This document shows, piece after piece, positions 39,080-49,221 of a stretch of 64,000 bases of DNA; the stretch's first letter is position 1; each line of letters begins with the position of its first letter. A model generated the notes under the pieces. It made no database searches, was not told the DNA's origin, and saw nothing but the letters and a program-made list of their open reading frames with translations. The position numbers and the translations under genes are program-made. This DNA is from Minisyncoccota bacterium. Its GTDB lineage: Bacteria; Patescibacteriota; Minisyncoccia; Phycocordibacterales; XYD1-FULL-46-19. Location: NCBI GenBank assembly GCA_041665625.1, contig JBAYIK010000001.1:2091-66090 (forward strand), read 5' to 3'.

Positions 39080-41528
39080 GGACATTAAACAATTATTAAG
39101 AAGTAGCCCCCTTTACCCCGTCTTAATCGTCGAGTCGATTTTTTCTTCTCGGTGGCGTAGCCGTCTTATTAATGGGAGTGCCGTTTTATTGTTGGCTTTA
39201 TTTGCCTTAGCAACCTTTTTTTCCTTCGCTAATCCTAAGATGGCCTTAATTGCTCCTAGGGTTTGGGGTTTAGTTTGTTTGGCCTTAACTTTTTATCTGA
39301 TTGCTAAGATGACCGAATGGCACTTCAATTCTTCTTATTATTTTGACAATGTGGCTCTTAATCTTTATCACCCTGGAGACCTTTTTACTTTTACAGTTGG
39401 GCGAGTCCTTCTCGCTACTCCTGGGAATGATGTCTTGGCCGGTTTTATGATTTCTTCTGTTGGCCGTCGCATTATGCATCGTTGTGGTATCTCGGACCGG
39501 GACATTGATAAGTTCTTAGAGTTAAGACCGGCTGGCCAATTCTATAAACTTCCCATTAACTCGGACCAGGTTTTGAAATTGCGTGAGTTGGGGACATTTT
39601 TGTTCCAAAATGATACTAGTTTTTCACAATTTTTGGCCGACCACAGTATCAATGAGACTAAGTTGATTGGAGCTCTCAATTGGGTTGTTCATGAGATTGA
39701 ATTCGGTGAGTATGATAAACGTTGGTGGAGCGAGACAAATTTAGCGAGATTGCCCGGTATCGCTAAGGATTGGGGTTTTGGCAATACCAGTACCCTTGAT
39801 CAATACAGCTGGGATCTTCTTTATGGATTAGAGTTTTCTTCTAACTTGTATGAATTTTCCTCGCGAGAAAATGAAATTAATCAGTTAGAAAATATTTTAT
39901 CCAAAGAAAGAGAAGCCAATGTATTTATTGTGGCTGATACGGCCAATGAACGGATGGACACCGTTTGGCACCTGGTTCGACGTATCAAAGATGGTACGGC
40001 CCCTCCAGCTTTTGAACATAAGCGACCAGTTCTCTTTAATTCAGCCGTTTTTCTATCTCGCTTTAAAGATAAGTCAGAATTAGAGACAGAACTACTAAAG
40101 ATCTTTAGGGAAGTGCGGGCGGCTGGCAACGTTATTTTTATTATCGACAACTTTTCCGCTTTGATGCACGGGTTTGAAGCTTTGCAATCAAGTTTGCTCG
40201 AATTACTCTATACCTTCTTAAATTCCAACGAGGTTCAAGTTATTGGCTTGGCAAGTAACGATGATTTTCATCGTGATCTAGAAAGTAACGCCAGCCTGAT
40301 AGCCTTGTTTGATAGAATTTTTATCAGACCTCTCCCAACAGAAAATATTATACGTAATCTTGAGCAGACAGTTTGGGCTATTGAGAGTCGCCATCGCCTA
40401 TTCTTTACTTACCCAGCTCTTTTAGCCATTGTGATGGGCGCCGACAAATATTTTGCAGTCAGTGACTCAGGGGATAAGGCCGTTGATTTATTGACGGAGA
40501 TTATTCCTTGGGCAAAGCAAAAAGGGTATAAGGTTATTGGCGAGAGAGAAGTTGAAGAACTTTTACAAGGCAAAACCGGTGTTCCAGTGGGCAAGATTAA
40601 TGAAGCTGAGAAGGAAAGCCTTTTGTCCCTTGAGAAAAACCTCGCTAAACGAGTCGTTGGTCAAAGTGAAGCAATCACTCAAGTTAGTAATGCTTTGCGT
40701 CGGGCTCGTTCAGGGATTCGTAATGAGAAGAAACCTATTGGCTCCTTCTTGTTCTTGGGTCCAACCGGTGTGGGGAAGACAGAGACAGCTAAAGCCTTAG
40801 CCGAAACAATGTTTGGTGGAGAGAGAATGCTTTTACGCCTTGATATGGCTGAGTTCCAGACAGTCGAAGGCTCGGATAACTTAATTGGTTCAGCTGGTGA
40901 TGGGCAGCCGGGTATCCTGGCTAATTTGGTGCGGGAACATCCCTACGGTGTTTTACTTCTGGATGAATTTGAGAAAGCTAATTCCGATGTCCACAATTTG
41001 TTTCTCACTATATTTGATGAAGGATATTTTTCTGATAAGAGCGGACGACAAATAAGTTTACGAAACATGATTATTATTGCTACCTCCAACGCGCGGGCCG
41101 ATACTATCTGGCAAACAGTTAAAGCCGGGAAGAAGCCAGACGCCGATACTCTTATTAACGATCTTGTGACCAGGGCCATCTTTAAGCCGGAGTTATTAAA
41201 CCGTTTTGATGCTGTGGTTATTTATCATCCACTAACCGAGGACGAACTTAAACAAATTTCTCGGCTAATGCTCGGCCGCTTATCCCTCCGGCTGGCTGAT
41301 CAAGGAGTGAGCTTAATGATCAGTGACTATCTTGTTGGGGTAGTCGCAAAGCTTGGGGCTAATGAGGTCTTTGGAGCTCGGCCAATGCAACGTTTTATCC
41401 AGGACCACATAGAACAACAAATTGCGGATGGTTTGATTAAAGGTAGTGTGAAGAGTGGCGTTGCTATTAGTTTTGAACCAAAAGAAGGAACAGAAGACCC
41501 AGAGTTAATTGTTAAAAACTCTAAATGA
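39078..41528 (+). CDS. Membrane-anchored ClpA/ClpB-family AAA+ ATPase
   Basis: Two N-terminal TMs; D2 with GSFLFLGPTGVGKTETAK, LLLDEFEKA, FKPELLNRFD, GARPM; D1 Walker A degenerate. Confidence 0.88.
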   Translation: MDIKQLLRSSPLYPVLIVESIFSSRWRSRLINGSAVLLLALFALATFFSFANPKMALIAPRVWGLVCLALTFYLIAKMTEWHFNSSYYFDNVALNLYHPGDLFTFTVGRVLLATPGNDVLAGFMISSVGRRIMHRCGISDRDIDKFLELRPAGQFYKLPINSDQVLKLRELGTFLFQNDTSFSQFLADHSINETKLIGALNWVVHEIEFGEYDKRWWSETNLARLPGIAKDWGFGNTSTLDQYSWDLLYGLEFSSNLYEFSSRENEINQLENILSKEREANVFIVADTANERMDTVWHLVRRIKDGTAPPAFEHKRPVLFNSAVFLSRFKDKSELETELLKIFREVRAAGNVIFIIDNFSALMHGFEALQSSLLELLYTFLNSNEVQVIGLASNDDFHRDLESNASLIALFDRIFIRPLPTENIIRNLEQTVWAIESRHRLFFTYPALLAIVMGADKYFAVSDSGDKAVDLLTEIIPWAKQKGYKVIGEREVEELLQGKTGVPVGKINEAEKESLLSLEKNLAKRVVGQSEAITQVSNALRRARSGIRNEKKPIGSFLFLGPTGVGKTETAKALAETMFGGERMLLRLDMAEFQTVEGSDNLIGSAGDGQPGILANLVREHPYGVLLLDEFEKANSDVHNLFLTIFDEGYFSDKSGRQISLRNMIIIATSNARADTIWQTVKAGKKPDADTLINDLVTRAIFKPELLNRFDAVVIYHPLTEDELKQISRLMLGRLSLRLADQGVSLMISDYLVGVVAKLGANEVFGARPMQRFIQDHIEQQIADGLIKGSVKSGVAISFEPKEGTEDPELIVKNSK

Positions 41529-42559
41529 TTAAGAACTTTTTAATTAGAAACCACCATGTGCGCTGGGGGATTATTGGCCTTATTTTTTTGGCCATCGTTT
41601 TTATTTTCTGTTTTGCTACTTGGGCCATGGCGGAGATTACTTACTATACTCTCTGGCGGGGACACTCGGTTGTTTATAGATCGGCTGATCTTGTTCCAGA
41701 TCGAGACCTTGGCCAGACGATTTCTTCTTACCTTCTCAATAAGCCAGCTGATAATTTACCCCTGTCAGCCGGAGCTTACTTGGTGAGCGATCTTAATTCA
41801 AAAGAAATTATTGTGGGAAGAAATGAAAACCAAGTTTCTCCTATTGCTTCAGTGACTAAATTGGTAACGGCAATTATTGCCGAAGATTTAATAAAGCCCG
41901 ATCAACAAATTGTTGTAACAAAAGAGGCTTGGCAAACCTACGGAGATACTGGCCAGCTTGTTGTCGGAGAAAAAATGCCTCTTAAGATGATGCTTTACCC
42001 TTTGCTTCTCACCTCGAGCAATGATGCGGCTGAAGCCATTGCCATTTCTTATGGTCGAGAAAAGTTTCTCGCCAAGATGAATGAGTTTGTTAAAAAAATT
42101 GGGATGGATCACACGAATTTTTCTGACCCCAGCGGTTTATCGCCCGATAATCTCTCGACACCAGCAGATTTGTCGAAGTTGGCTGTATATTTATATCAAA
42201 AAAAGCCTAAACTCCTAGCTATTACCAGGGAAACGTCTTATCGCTATGGGCGTCATACCTGGTCTAATTACAACAATGTTGCTCTGATGAAATATTATAT
42301 TGGTGGAAAGAATGGCTATACGACAGAGGCAAATCGAACCCTTGTCTCCCTCTTCGAAGTACCGATCAGTAGTTCTTCATCGGCAAATTCTAAAGTGGTA
42401 GAGAAGAAGAAACGTCTTCTGGCCGTTGTCTTGCTTCAAAGTGACGACAAAAAAAAGGATGCTAAGAGCTTAATAAACTATTTGGCTAGTTATGCCTCCT
42501 ATAACGGAGGGAAGAATGGTTTTGTTCAAACCTCACCTTTGGAAATAAAAAGTTTATGA
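41525..42559 (+). CDS. D-alanyl-D-alanine carboxypeptidase (peptidase S11)
   Basis: PIASVTKL (SxxK), SSNDAA (SxN), GGKNG in the KTG position. Confidence 0.9.
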   Translation: MIKNFLIRNHHVRWGIIGLIFLAIVFIFCFATWAMAEITYYTLWRGHSVVYRSADLVPDRDLGQTISSYLLNKPADNLPLSAGAYLVSDLNSKEIIVGRNENQVSPIASVTKLVTAIIAEDLIKPDQQIVVTKEAWQTYGDTGQLVVGEKMPLKMMLYPLLLTSSNDAAEAIAISYGREKFLAKMNEFVKKIGMDHTNFSDPSGLSPDNLSTPADLSKLAVYLYQKKPKLLAITRETSYRYGRHTWSNYNNVALMKYYIGGKNGYTTEANRTLVSLFEVPISSSSSANSKVVEKKKRLLAVVLLQSDDKKKDAKSLINYLASYASYNGGKNGFVQTSPLEIKSL

Positions 42560-43578
42560 TTAAGCGCTTAGTCGCGATTTTAATATTAATTTTTCTTATT
42601 AGTGTCATTACCATTTATTTTGCTCGCCAAATTAATTGGCAGGATCTAGGGACAGTAGAATATTCTCTTGGTGCGGTATCAATCCCCGATTTTTTACCTC
42701 CTCCCCAAATTACTCTTCTGGCCGTTGGCGATATCATGCTTGATCGAGGGGTTGAACTTTCTGTCGATAATCATGGAGCCGGTGATTTTAATTTCGTTTT
42801 TGATAAGATAAAGGGTCTAAAGAGTGGGGCAGACATAATGCTTGGCAATCTTGAGGGGCCCGTCGCTTGGGGTGGAGCTGATGGTGGGGGAATTTATTCC
42901 TTCCACACCTCACCTTTGATTTTACCGGTTTTAAAAAATTTAGGTTTTGATGTGCTGAGTGTCGCCAATAATCATGCCGCGGATTGGGGGCGGACGGCTT
43001 TTACTGAGACGCTTGATAATCTAAGCAAAAATAACTTACTCTTTGTTGGGGGAGCAAAAAATTATGCTTCAGCAACAGAGCCAGTAATTATCGAAAAAAA
43101 TGGTTTGAAAGTCGGTTTTCTGGGCTTCTCTGATGTTGGCCCGACGGCCCTTCGAGCGACGAGTAGCCAGGCTGGCATATTATTAGCCAGTGATCCTGAT
43201 TTTGTTGGCATTATCAATCGAGCGAGCAAGAAAGTTGATGTTCTGGTCATTACTATCCACTGGGGTGATGAATACAAAGTTAATCATAATCTTCGCCAAG
43301 AGAACCTCGCTCGGGAGGCTGTCCTGGCTGGGGCCAAGGTGATTATTGGCCATCATCCACACGTCATCCAGGACACAGAAAAGTCCAAAGAGGCCTATAT
43401 CGCTTATAGTTTGGGGAATTTTGTCTTTGATCAATATTTCTCTTTAGAAACGATGGAGGGGCTTGCTTTAAAGTTAGAAATAAATAAAGATGGAGTGTCT
43501 CGGGTGGAAAAGAAACCGATTAAAATAAATAAGTGGTTCCAGCCAAGTTGGATGGCGAGCTCAACCGAGTCTTTTTAA
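42556..43578 (+). CDS. CapA/PGA_cap family metallophosphoesterase
   Basis: VGDIML, GNLEG, ANNH, HWGDEY, GHHPHV, YSLGNF. Confidence 0.92.
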   Translation: MIKRLVAILILIFLISVITIYFARQINWQDLGTVEYSLGAVSIPDFLPPPQITLLAVGDIMLDRGVELSVDNHGAGDFNFVFDKIKGLKSGADIMLGNLEGPVAWGGADGGGIYSFHTSPLILPVLKNLGFDVLSVANNHAADWGRTAFTETLDNLSKNNLLFVGGAKNYASATEPVIIEKNGLKVGFLGFSDVGPTALRATSSQAGILLASDPDFVGIINRASKKVDVLVITIHWGDEYKVNHNLRQENLAREAVLAGAKVIIGHHPHVIQDTEKSKEAYIAYSLGNFVFDQYFSLETMEGLALKLEINKDGVSRVEKKPIKINKWFQPSWMASSTESF

Positions 43579-43586
43579 AATAAAAA

Positions 43587-44579
43587 ATGTCTAATTTTTG
43601 GGAAAAATTAAATAAACCCTTTTTCTGTTTGGCGCCGATGTATGACGTGACCGACGCCACTTTTCGTCAGATGTTTGTTAAGTATGGTCGGCCCGATGTT
43701 TTATTTACAGAATTTGTCTCAGCTGATGGCCTCGCGAGCGAACAAGGTCGCGAGAAGCTAAAACGTGAACTTTATTTTGATAAAAACGAACACCCAATTG
43801 TCGCCCAAATTTTCGGTTCTAAATCAGAGACAATTAAAGTTGCGGTAAAACTGATTAAAGAGCTTGGTTTTGATGGTGTCGATATTAATATGGGTTGCCC
43901 CGATCGGGCCGTGGAGAAACAAGGAGCCGGTTCAGCCTTAATGAAAAATCCTAAGCGGGCTCAAGAAATAATTCTAGCCGCCAAAGAAGTTGCCGGGGAT
44001 ATGCCCGTGTCAGTCAAAACTCGTATTGGTTATAACAAAATAGATACCGAGAATTGGGCGCGAATAATTCTTGAAACGAAACCTTCAGCTGTTACTTTTC
44101 ATCTAAGAACAAGAAAAGAAATGTCTAAAGAAGATGCCCGTTGGGAAGAAGCGGAGATACTGGGGCGTCTTGGTAAAGAATATAATATTCCGATTATTTG
44201 TAATGGAGATGTTAATAGCGTTGAAGAGGGAATTGAATTAGCGGAGAAATATAAGATAGATGGCATAATGATTGGCCGTGGCGCTTTTGGCAAACCGTGG
44301 ATGTTTGCTGATGAAGCTGTGCGAAGTCGCATTTCGGGCTCACTTGAAAAACGACTTCTCACCGCCGTTGAACACGCCCGCCTTTTCGAAGACCTCTACC
44401 TTCCCGGCCCCACTAATGACAGACTTTTTCATGGTCACACCAAGAATTTCTCGGTCATGCGCAAGCACTTCAAGGCTTATGTCACCGGCTTCAAGGGGGC
44501 TCTCGCCCTTCGCGCCAAATTAATGGAGACCCAGAATGCTGACGAGGTGGAAAAAATAATTAAAGATTTTCTCGCTTGA
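43587..44579 (+). CDS. dus: tRNA-dihydrouridine synthase
   Basis: LAPMYDVTD, QIFG, DINMGCP, VSVKTR, NGDV, MIGRG. Confidence 0.92.
   Translation: MSNFWEKLNKPFFCLAPMYDVTDATFRQMFVKYGRPDVLFTEFVSADGLASEQGREKLKRELYFDKNEHPIVAQIFGSKSETIKVAVKLIKELGFDGVDINMGCPDRAVEKQGAGSALMKNPKRAQEIILAAKEVAGDMPVSVKTRIGYNKIDTENWARIILETKPSAVTFHLRTRKEMSKEDARWEEAEILGRLGKEYNIPIICNGDVNSVEEGIELAEKYKIDGIMIGRGAFGKPWMFADEAVRSRISGSLEKRLLTAVEHARLFEDLYLPGPTNDRLFHGHTKNFSVMRKHFKAYVTGFKGALALRAKLMETQNADEVEKIIKDFLA
44316..44365. repeat. Degenerate palindromic element in frame within dus
   Basis: GAAGTCGCATTTC-GGGCTCACTT-GAAAAACGACTTC; spacer nearly identical to the miaA and prmC copies. Confidence 0.75.
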
Positions 44580-44644
44580 TTTTTGATGGGTTCAAGGCAT
44601 AATAATATTTAGATCGATCAAGTCGTTTAACCTGGAGGTTTGCT

Positions 44645-44719
44645 ATGTCTAGTATTGAGAACGGTTTTTTCCTCATCACTTTCGTTCGCCAATTGCAGCG
44701 ATTGTGGCTGCTCATTTAG
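44645..44719 (+). CDS. Candidate 24-aa microprotein
   Basis: GGAGG SD, MSSIENGFFLITFVRQLQRLWLLI, upstream TTGATT..CATAAT, downstream hairpin 44765-44798. Confidence 0.4.
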   Translation: MSSIENGFFLITFVRQLQRLWLLI

Positions 44720-44861
44720 CAGCTCTTCTTCTCCGCTTGAAGAAGTGGAGACCCCCAAAATATGGCCGGCACCGTCCCTTGAGGGCTGTGCCGGTTTTGC
44801 ATTGCTCTTAAAAAGAGTGTTAGCTATAATAATATTATTAATAGCTGGTTATAAATTATTT

Positions 44862-45239
44862 ATGAATTATTATCTAGCGGTTTTCAAAAAGTATGCGGTG
44901 TTTAGTGGTCGAGCCAGAAGGGCTGAGTATTGGTATTTTACTCTATTTTCTTTTATCGTCTCTATTCTGCTCAGTATTGTGGGTATGATTATTGGGGATA
45001 GCTCAAACATTATCGGGATAGTTTATCTTTTAGTGTTAATAATCCCTAGTCTTGCTGTCGCGGTTAGAAGACTCCACGACATCGGAAAAAGCGGGTGGTG
45101 GTGTCTTATCGGCTTGATCCCAATAATTGGGACAATTTGGATTATTGTATTGCTGGTTAGAGATAGCCAACCTGGGGATAACGTGTACGGACCTAACCCT
45201 AAAGCTGTGGCTGTGGTTACCCCCGCTGCCTCGGTTTAA
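44862..45239 (+). CDS. DUF805 family inner-membrane protein
   Basis: KKYAVFSGRARRAEYW, PSLAVAVRRLHDIGKSGW, NVYGPNP. Confidence 0.93.
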   Translation: MNYYLAVFKKYAVFSGRARRAEYWYFTLFSFIVSILLSIVGMIIGDSSNIIGIVYLLVLIIPSLAVAVRRLHDIGKSGWWCLIGLIPIIGTIWIIVLLVRDSQPGDNVYGPNPKAVAVVTPAASV

Positions 45240-45251
45240 TGATCATTTAAA

Positions 45252-45300
45252 GCCAGAAAACAAAAAGCCGCTTGAGATAAGCGGCCTTTTGTTTTCTGGC
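45252..45300. terminator. Intrinsic terminator
   Basis: GCCAGAAAACAAAAaGCCGCTT...AAGCGGCcTTTTGTTTTCTGGC. Confidence 0.8.
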
Positions 45301-45323
45301 GGGCTCCTTGCTATAATCTTCTT

Positions 45324-46352
45324 ATGTCTGAATTAGCCCTCTATCGCAAATATCGCCCCAGCAAATTTAGTGAAGTAATCGGTCAGGATCAGGTGACCAG
45401 TGTTTTAGCCGAATCAATTAAGCACGATAACCTTGTCCACGCTTATCTATTCTCGGGTCCGCGCGGTACTGGTAAAACGAGTGTGGCGCGTATCTTCGCC
45501 AAGGCCCTTGGCACTAGTGACAATGACCTCATTGAGATTGATGGTGCTTCTAATCGTGGTATTGATGAGATCCGGGCTCTGCGTGACGCGGTGCGTACTT
45601 TGCCCTTCGAATCGCGCTATAAGGTCTATATTATTGATGAGGTGCATATGCTTACTAAAGATGCCTTCAACGCGCTTCTCAAGACCTTAGAAGAGCCACC
45701 AGCGCATGTTATCTTTATCTTGGCGACCACCGAACAACATAAAGTGATAGAAACTATTGTCTCTCGCTGCCAGTCTTATGTTTTTAAAAAACCAACCATT
45801 GAGATTCTTAAGAAAGTGGCTAAAGATATTGCTAAAGAAGAAGGTTTTACTGTCTCTGACGATGTGGCTGACTTGTTGGCCTTCATGGGGGACGGTTCCT
45901 TCCGTGATACAATTGGCATTTTGCAAAAAATTATTGGCTCCTCAGCTGATAAAAAAATTGCCCTAGAAGAAGTTGAGAGAATTACTGGCGCACCAGCCAT
46001 GAGGTTGGTTTATGATTTTATCTTAGCCTTAGCTGACGGTAATTTAGATCAAACTTTGTCATTAATTGATAAAGGGGTAGAAAGCTCAATTGATTTCAAA
46101 ATTTTCTTGAAATTGGTGATGCGCGAAATCCGTCTCGCTTTGCTTCTTGTGATGGCCCCATCGCTAGAGAACAAAATCATGAACGAGGCAGGGGAGAAAG
46201 AAACTGATTTTTTCAATACTTTGAAGACTAAGCCTCAAGGTAAAAATCTCGCTCCCGCTCTGCGCGAATTTCTTGATACCTACTTACAACTCTCTGGTTC
46301 TTATCTTCCCCAAGTTCCCCTCGAACTGGCCGTGATTAAGATTTTACAATAA
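45324..46352 (+). CDS. dnaX: DNA polymerase III subunit gamma/tau
   Basis: LYRKYRP, HAYLFSGPRGTGKT, IIDEVHML, NALLKTLEEPP, SRC. Confidence 0.95.
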   Translation: MSELALYRKYRPSKFSEVIGQDQVTSVLAESIKHDNLVHAYLFSGPRGTGKTSVARIFAKALGTSDNDLIEIDGASNRGIDEIRALRDAVRTLPFESRYKVYIIDEVHMLTKDAFNALLKTLEEPPAHVIFILATTEQHKVIETIVSRCQSYVFKKPTIEILKKVAKDIAKEEGFTVSDDVADLLAFMGDGSFRDTIGILQKIIGSSADKKIALEEVERITGAPAMRLVYDFILALADGNLDQTLSLIDKGVESSIDFKIFLKLVMREIRLALLLVMAPSLENKIMNEAGEKETDFFNTLKTKPQGKNLAPALREFLDTYLQLSGSYLPQVPLELAVIKILQ

Positions 46353-46363
46353 ATATTAAGTAT

Positions 46364-48025
46364 ATGGATAAGGATGGATTAAGACTGATGGCCCTGTCTG
46401 CTCCCCATTGGGTTAAAAAGGGAACAGCTGAGAGTAACAGTTTGAACTCTTGGAGCCCTTTTTCTTTGCAAAATGCGGTTAGGCTGGCTGCTGGGAGGGC
46501 TCTGTCAGGTGAAGGATATTTAGGCCAATCTAACTGGTCCTCGAAGGAAGGTTTGAGAGACACTGTTTTTATGATGGAATATTGGGAGGAAGAGAAGAAA
46601 AAATTGGAACAAAAACTTCGTGAGTCTCGTCCCCATGTTTTGTTTATTGGAGCAATGACCCTAGCTTTCCCCGGAGCTATCCAAGTGGCGAGGCTGGCTA
46701 AAGAAATTCTAGGAGAAGAAGTTCTAATCGTTCTTGGGGGAAAACATTCCAACGAAACTTTTTTTGAGGAGCGCAAGTCGCAATCAGAGCCTCAAACGAG
46801 CGAGGTAAAAGCCCTAAAGAACACAAAAGGATCCCCCCTCAGTCTTATAGAGAGCGGTAAAATCGACAATATTTTTGATCTGGTCTGTTCCGGCTCATCG
46901 GAGGAACTTATCGCCACTATCGCTGAAAGAGTTGGAGAATTAGTGGCCCAAGGACTTAATCCAAGAGAAGTTCGTTCTGAGATCGAGAGTTTGGTAAAAG
47001 TTATTCCGGGTGACTGGAGGGCTGGCTGGGTAGAAAGTGGGGGGATCAAACAATTTCAAAGTAATAAAATTCCAATTAACTTTAACGAAATGCCGATCCC
47101 AGCAGAACTCTTTGGCATCAATGGTAAGTTTGAAGTCTATGGCAGAGATTTAACCGCGCACGCTTTTAGTGATACTTCCCCGGGCTGTGTCTTTGATTGC
47201 TTTTTTTGTAGCGAGAGGAATACTCTTAATGGCCCTCTGCATGATCGAGAACACTCTGCCGATAGGTTGTTTAGACAATTGAAGGCAATTAAGGATGTTG
47301 CCAATAAAGAAAATTCGACTGATTCTGTCTCGGTTTTTGTTGAGGACTCAACCCTTTTAAATATTGGTAAAAATCCCACCCAACTTTATCGTCTTGCCGA
47401 TTTGATGAGAGCTGAAAGTTTTAAGATTAGTTTTGGTGGTCAATTTACTATTGATCAAATTCTAGATCCAGAAATCCAGGAAGCAATTTTAGTTCTTAAA
47501 GAGTTTGGCTTGTCCTACGTTTTTCTGGGGATAGAAACCGGCGACAACGAAATTGCTAAACAAATGTCCAAGAATCTTGAAAAAGATTCTGGCTGGACCG
47601 ATAAAAATGAGCAGGCCATGTTTTTCCTGCAGGAGGCTGGGATTAATTGTGGAGCGGCTGTTCTTTTGGGCCTTGGGGAAAATCAGGAAACCCGAGTCGA
47701 ACAATTGGATAGGATTAAAGATTGGCAACGAAGATTTGGACAGCCTGTAGTTGTTAGTTTGAACCTTGCCACTATCCATCCATCTCGAGACGAAGGTCTT
47801 GACGAAGAATTTATTGAATGGGGGACACCTGCCGACTCTCCATACCTAGAGATGTTTCAAAAAATATTTGGAGAAGCTTCTACCCGCTATGCTATAGACA
47901 AAGAACATTTGCCAAGTCTTTCTGAATTAGCTGAAATAAAAGAAAAATATCGAGAACTAGAATTACACCAGGAAAATCGTTCTGAACCTATTTCAATTTT
48001 AGAAAATAAAACAAAATTTAATTAA
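46364..48025 (+). CDS. B12-binding-type radical SAM protein
   Basis: IVLGGKH cobalamin-domain-like motif, GCVFDCFFC (CxxxCxxC), EDST, FLGIET. Confidence 0.8.
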   Translation: MDKDGLRLMALSAPHWVKKGTAESNSLNSWSPFSLQNAVRLAAGRALSGEGYLGQSNWSSKEGLRDTVFMMEYWEEEKKKLEQKLRESRPHVLFIGAMTLAFPGAIQVARLAKEILGEEVLIVLGGKHSNETFFEERKSQSEPQTSEVKALKNTKGSPLSLIESGKIDNIFDLVCSGSSEELIATIAERVGELVAQGLNPREVRSEIESLVKVIPGDWRAGWVESGGIKQFQSNKIPINFNEMPIPAELFGINGKFEVYGRDLTAHAFSDTSPGCVFDCFFCSERNTLNGPLHDREHSADRLFRQLKAIKDVANKENSTDSVSVFVEDSTLLNIGKNPTQLYRLADLMRAESFKISFGGQFTIDQILDPEIQEAILVLKEFGLSYVFLGIETGDNEIAKQMSKNLEKDSGWTDKNEQAMFFLQEAGINCGAAVLLGLGENQETRVEQLDRIKDWQRRFGQPVVVSLNLATIHPSRDEGLDEEFIEWGTPADSPYLEMFQKIFGEASTRYAIDKEHLPSLSELAEIKEKYRELELHQENRSEPISILENKTKFN

Positions 48026-48029
48026 AATC

Positions 48030-48296
48030 ATGACCGCAATTAAAATAATTACCGTTATCCTTTCCCTTGTTGTTACTGGCCTGGGGCTAACGTCGCAAGT
48101 TAGAAAGAACCATAAAAGGAAGACAATGGAGGGTCTGTCTTTCTTTTACTTTTCAATTCTCGCCGTCTCCTACACCTTCTGGAGTATATACGGTTTCTCT
48201 CAAAAAGATCTTGTCTTAATTATTCCTATGACCTTAGGGGCAATTATGTCCTGGGTGGTTGTTGCTCAGTTTGGTTTATATAAAAAAGGTAAGTAG
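48030..48296 (+). CDS. SemiSWEET/PQ-loop family transporter
   Basis: 88 aa, three TMs, QV.KN.K.K...GLS, FWSIYG. Confidence 0.75.
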   Translation: MTAIKIITVILSLVVTGLGLTSQVRKNHKRKTMEGLSFFYFSILAVSYTFWSIYGFSQKDLVLIIPMTLGAIMSWVVVAQFGLYKKGK

Positions 48297-48366
48297 ATAA
48301 AAGATAACTTGCTGTAATTAAAATTTTGGGGTAAAGTTTGTTCAGACTGGTCTTAGGGTTTGAACA

Positions 48367-48687
48367 ATGGGCGAAAGGAGACTTCCCATGTGGTTTCGAT
48401 TCGTTCCCAAGAGGAGAGCCTCGACGATGACTCTTCTCTTTATTCGATTCTGGGACTTGCCTCCCGGGATGAAGTTTTTCTTAAACGAGCGTGGTTTGGG
48501 CGGCTGCTACACAAAAGCCGAGAACCCGAATCGCCGAAGGAACGCCCAGCACTTTCGTAGGGGCTGTGTCTGGAGGACCCGGCAGGTCAAATCATATGCT
48601 GGGGTTTATGTTGACAAGGCCGAGTGGGATCGGCATGCCAACGGCCTCGTAGCGGAGATTGAGAGGCGCTTTGCTTCAGCGCCATGA
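48367..48687 (+). CDS. Hypothetical protein (GC-richer)
   Basis: 106-aa ORF followed by a hairpin. Confidence 0.45.
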   Translation: MGERRLPMWFRFVPKRRASTMTLLFIRFWDLPPGMKFFLNERGLGGCYTKAENPNRRRNAQHFRRGCVWRTRQVKSYAGVYVDKAEWDRHANGLVAEIERRFASAP

Positions 48688-48719
48688 ATTCGTCTCGGGG
48701 TGAGAAAACGGGTAAGGGT

Positions 48720-48745
48720 CACCGGTGCGCTTCGTCGCGCCGGTG
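48720..48745 (+). terminator. Intrinsic terminator
   Basis: CACCGGTGCG...CGCGCCGGTG followed by T-rich sequence. Confidence 0.65.
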
Positions 48746-48800
48746 GCTATTTTGTTTATTATTGCGAAAAGTCGGAAAATTGTGTTTAATATAAAGACAT

Positions 48801-48871
48801 TGCGGGATCGTCTAAAGGTAGGACATGAGCCTTTGAAGCTCAGTATCTTGGTTCGATTCCAAGTCCCGCAG
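48801..48871 (+). tRNA. trnQ: tRNA-Gln (TTG)
   Basis: TGCGGGATCGTCTAAAGGTAGGAC-TGAGC CT TTG AA GCTCA-GGTTCGATTCC...TCCCGCAG. Confidence 0.94.
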
Positions 48872-48919
48872 CAAAAAAGACTTCTTTTGACTTATTTTTC
48901 AATATGGTAAAATAGAAAG

Positions 48920-49171
48920 ATGAGAGAAAGCATTTCAAATTTTGATGATCAGATGGACTTGCCTTTTGACCGAGAGGAGGCTGCCCCGCCTGTTTTACCT
49001 GAGCCTGTTTTATCCGAGTCAATTCCTTTGGATTATTATTGCCCTCAGTGCGATATTGGAGCCGATTGTGGACGAAGCGATTGTCCTCAGAGCCTCGCTC
49101 GGAGAGAGAGGCTAGAAGAAGAGAAAAGGTTTATTTCCAAAAAAAGAACGAAGAGAAAGAAGGCCGCTTAA
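48920..49171 (+). CDS. Small hypothetical protein with four Cys and a basic tail
   Basis: CPQC...C...C; TAAAAT 6 nt upstream of ATG. Confidence 0.5.
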   Translation: MRESISNFDDQMDLPFDREEAAPPVLPEPVLSESIPLDYYCPQCDIGADCGRSDCPQSLARRERLEEEKRFISKKRTKRKKAA

Positions 49172-49192
49172 GGAGGTTAGTTTTGTCTGCCT

Positions 49193-49220
49193 TGTCACAG
49201 AGAGCCTCTTAGAACGTTAT
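49193..49220 (+). promoter_or_regulatory. Putative ECF sigma promoter, copy 1
   Basis: TGTCAC-N16-CGTTAT immediately upstream of the sigma gene. Confidence 0.6.
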
Positions 49221-49221
49221 T

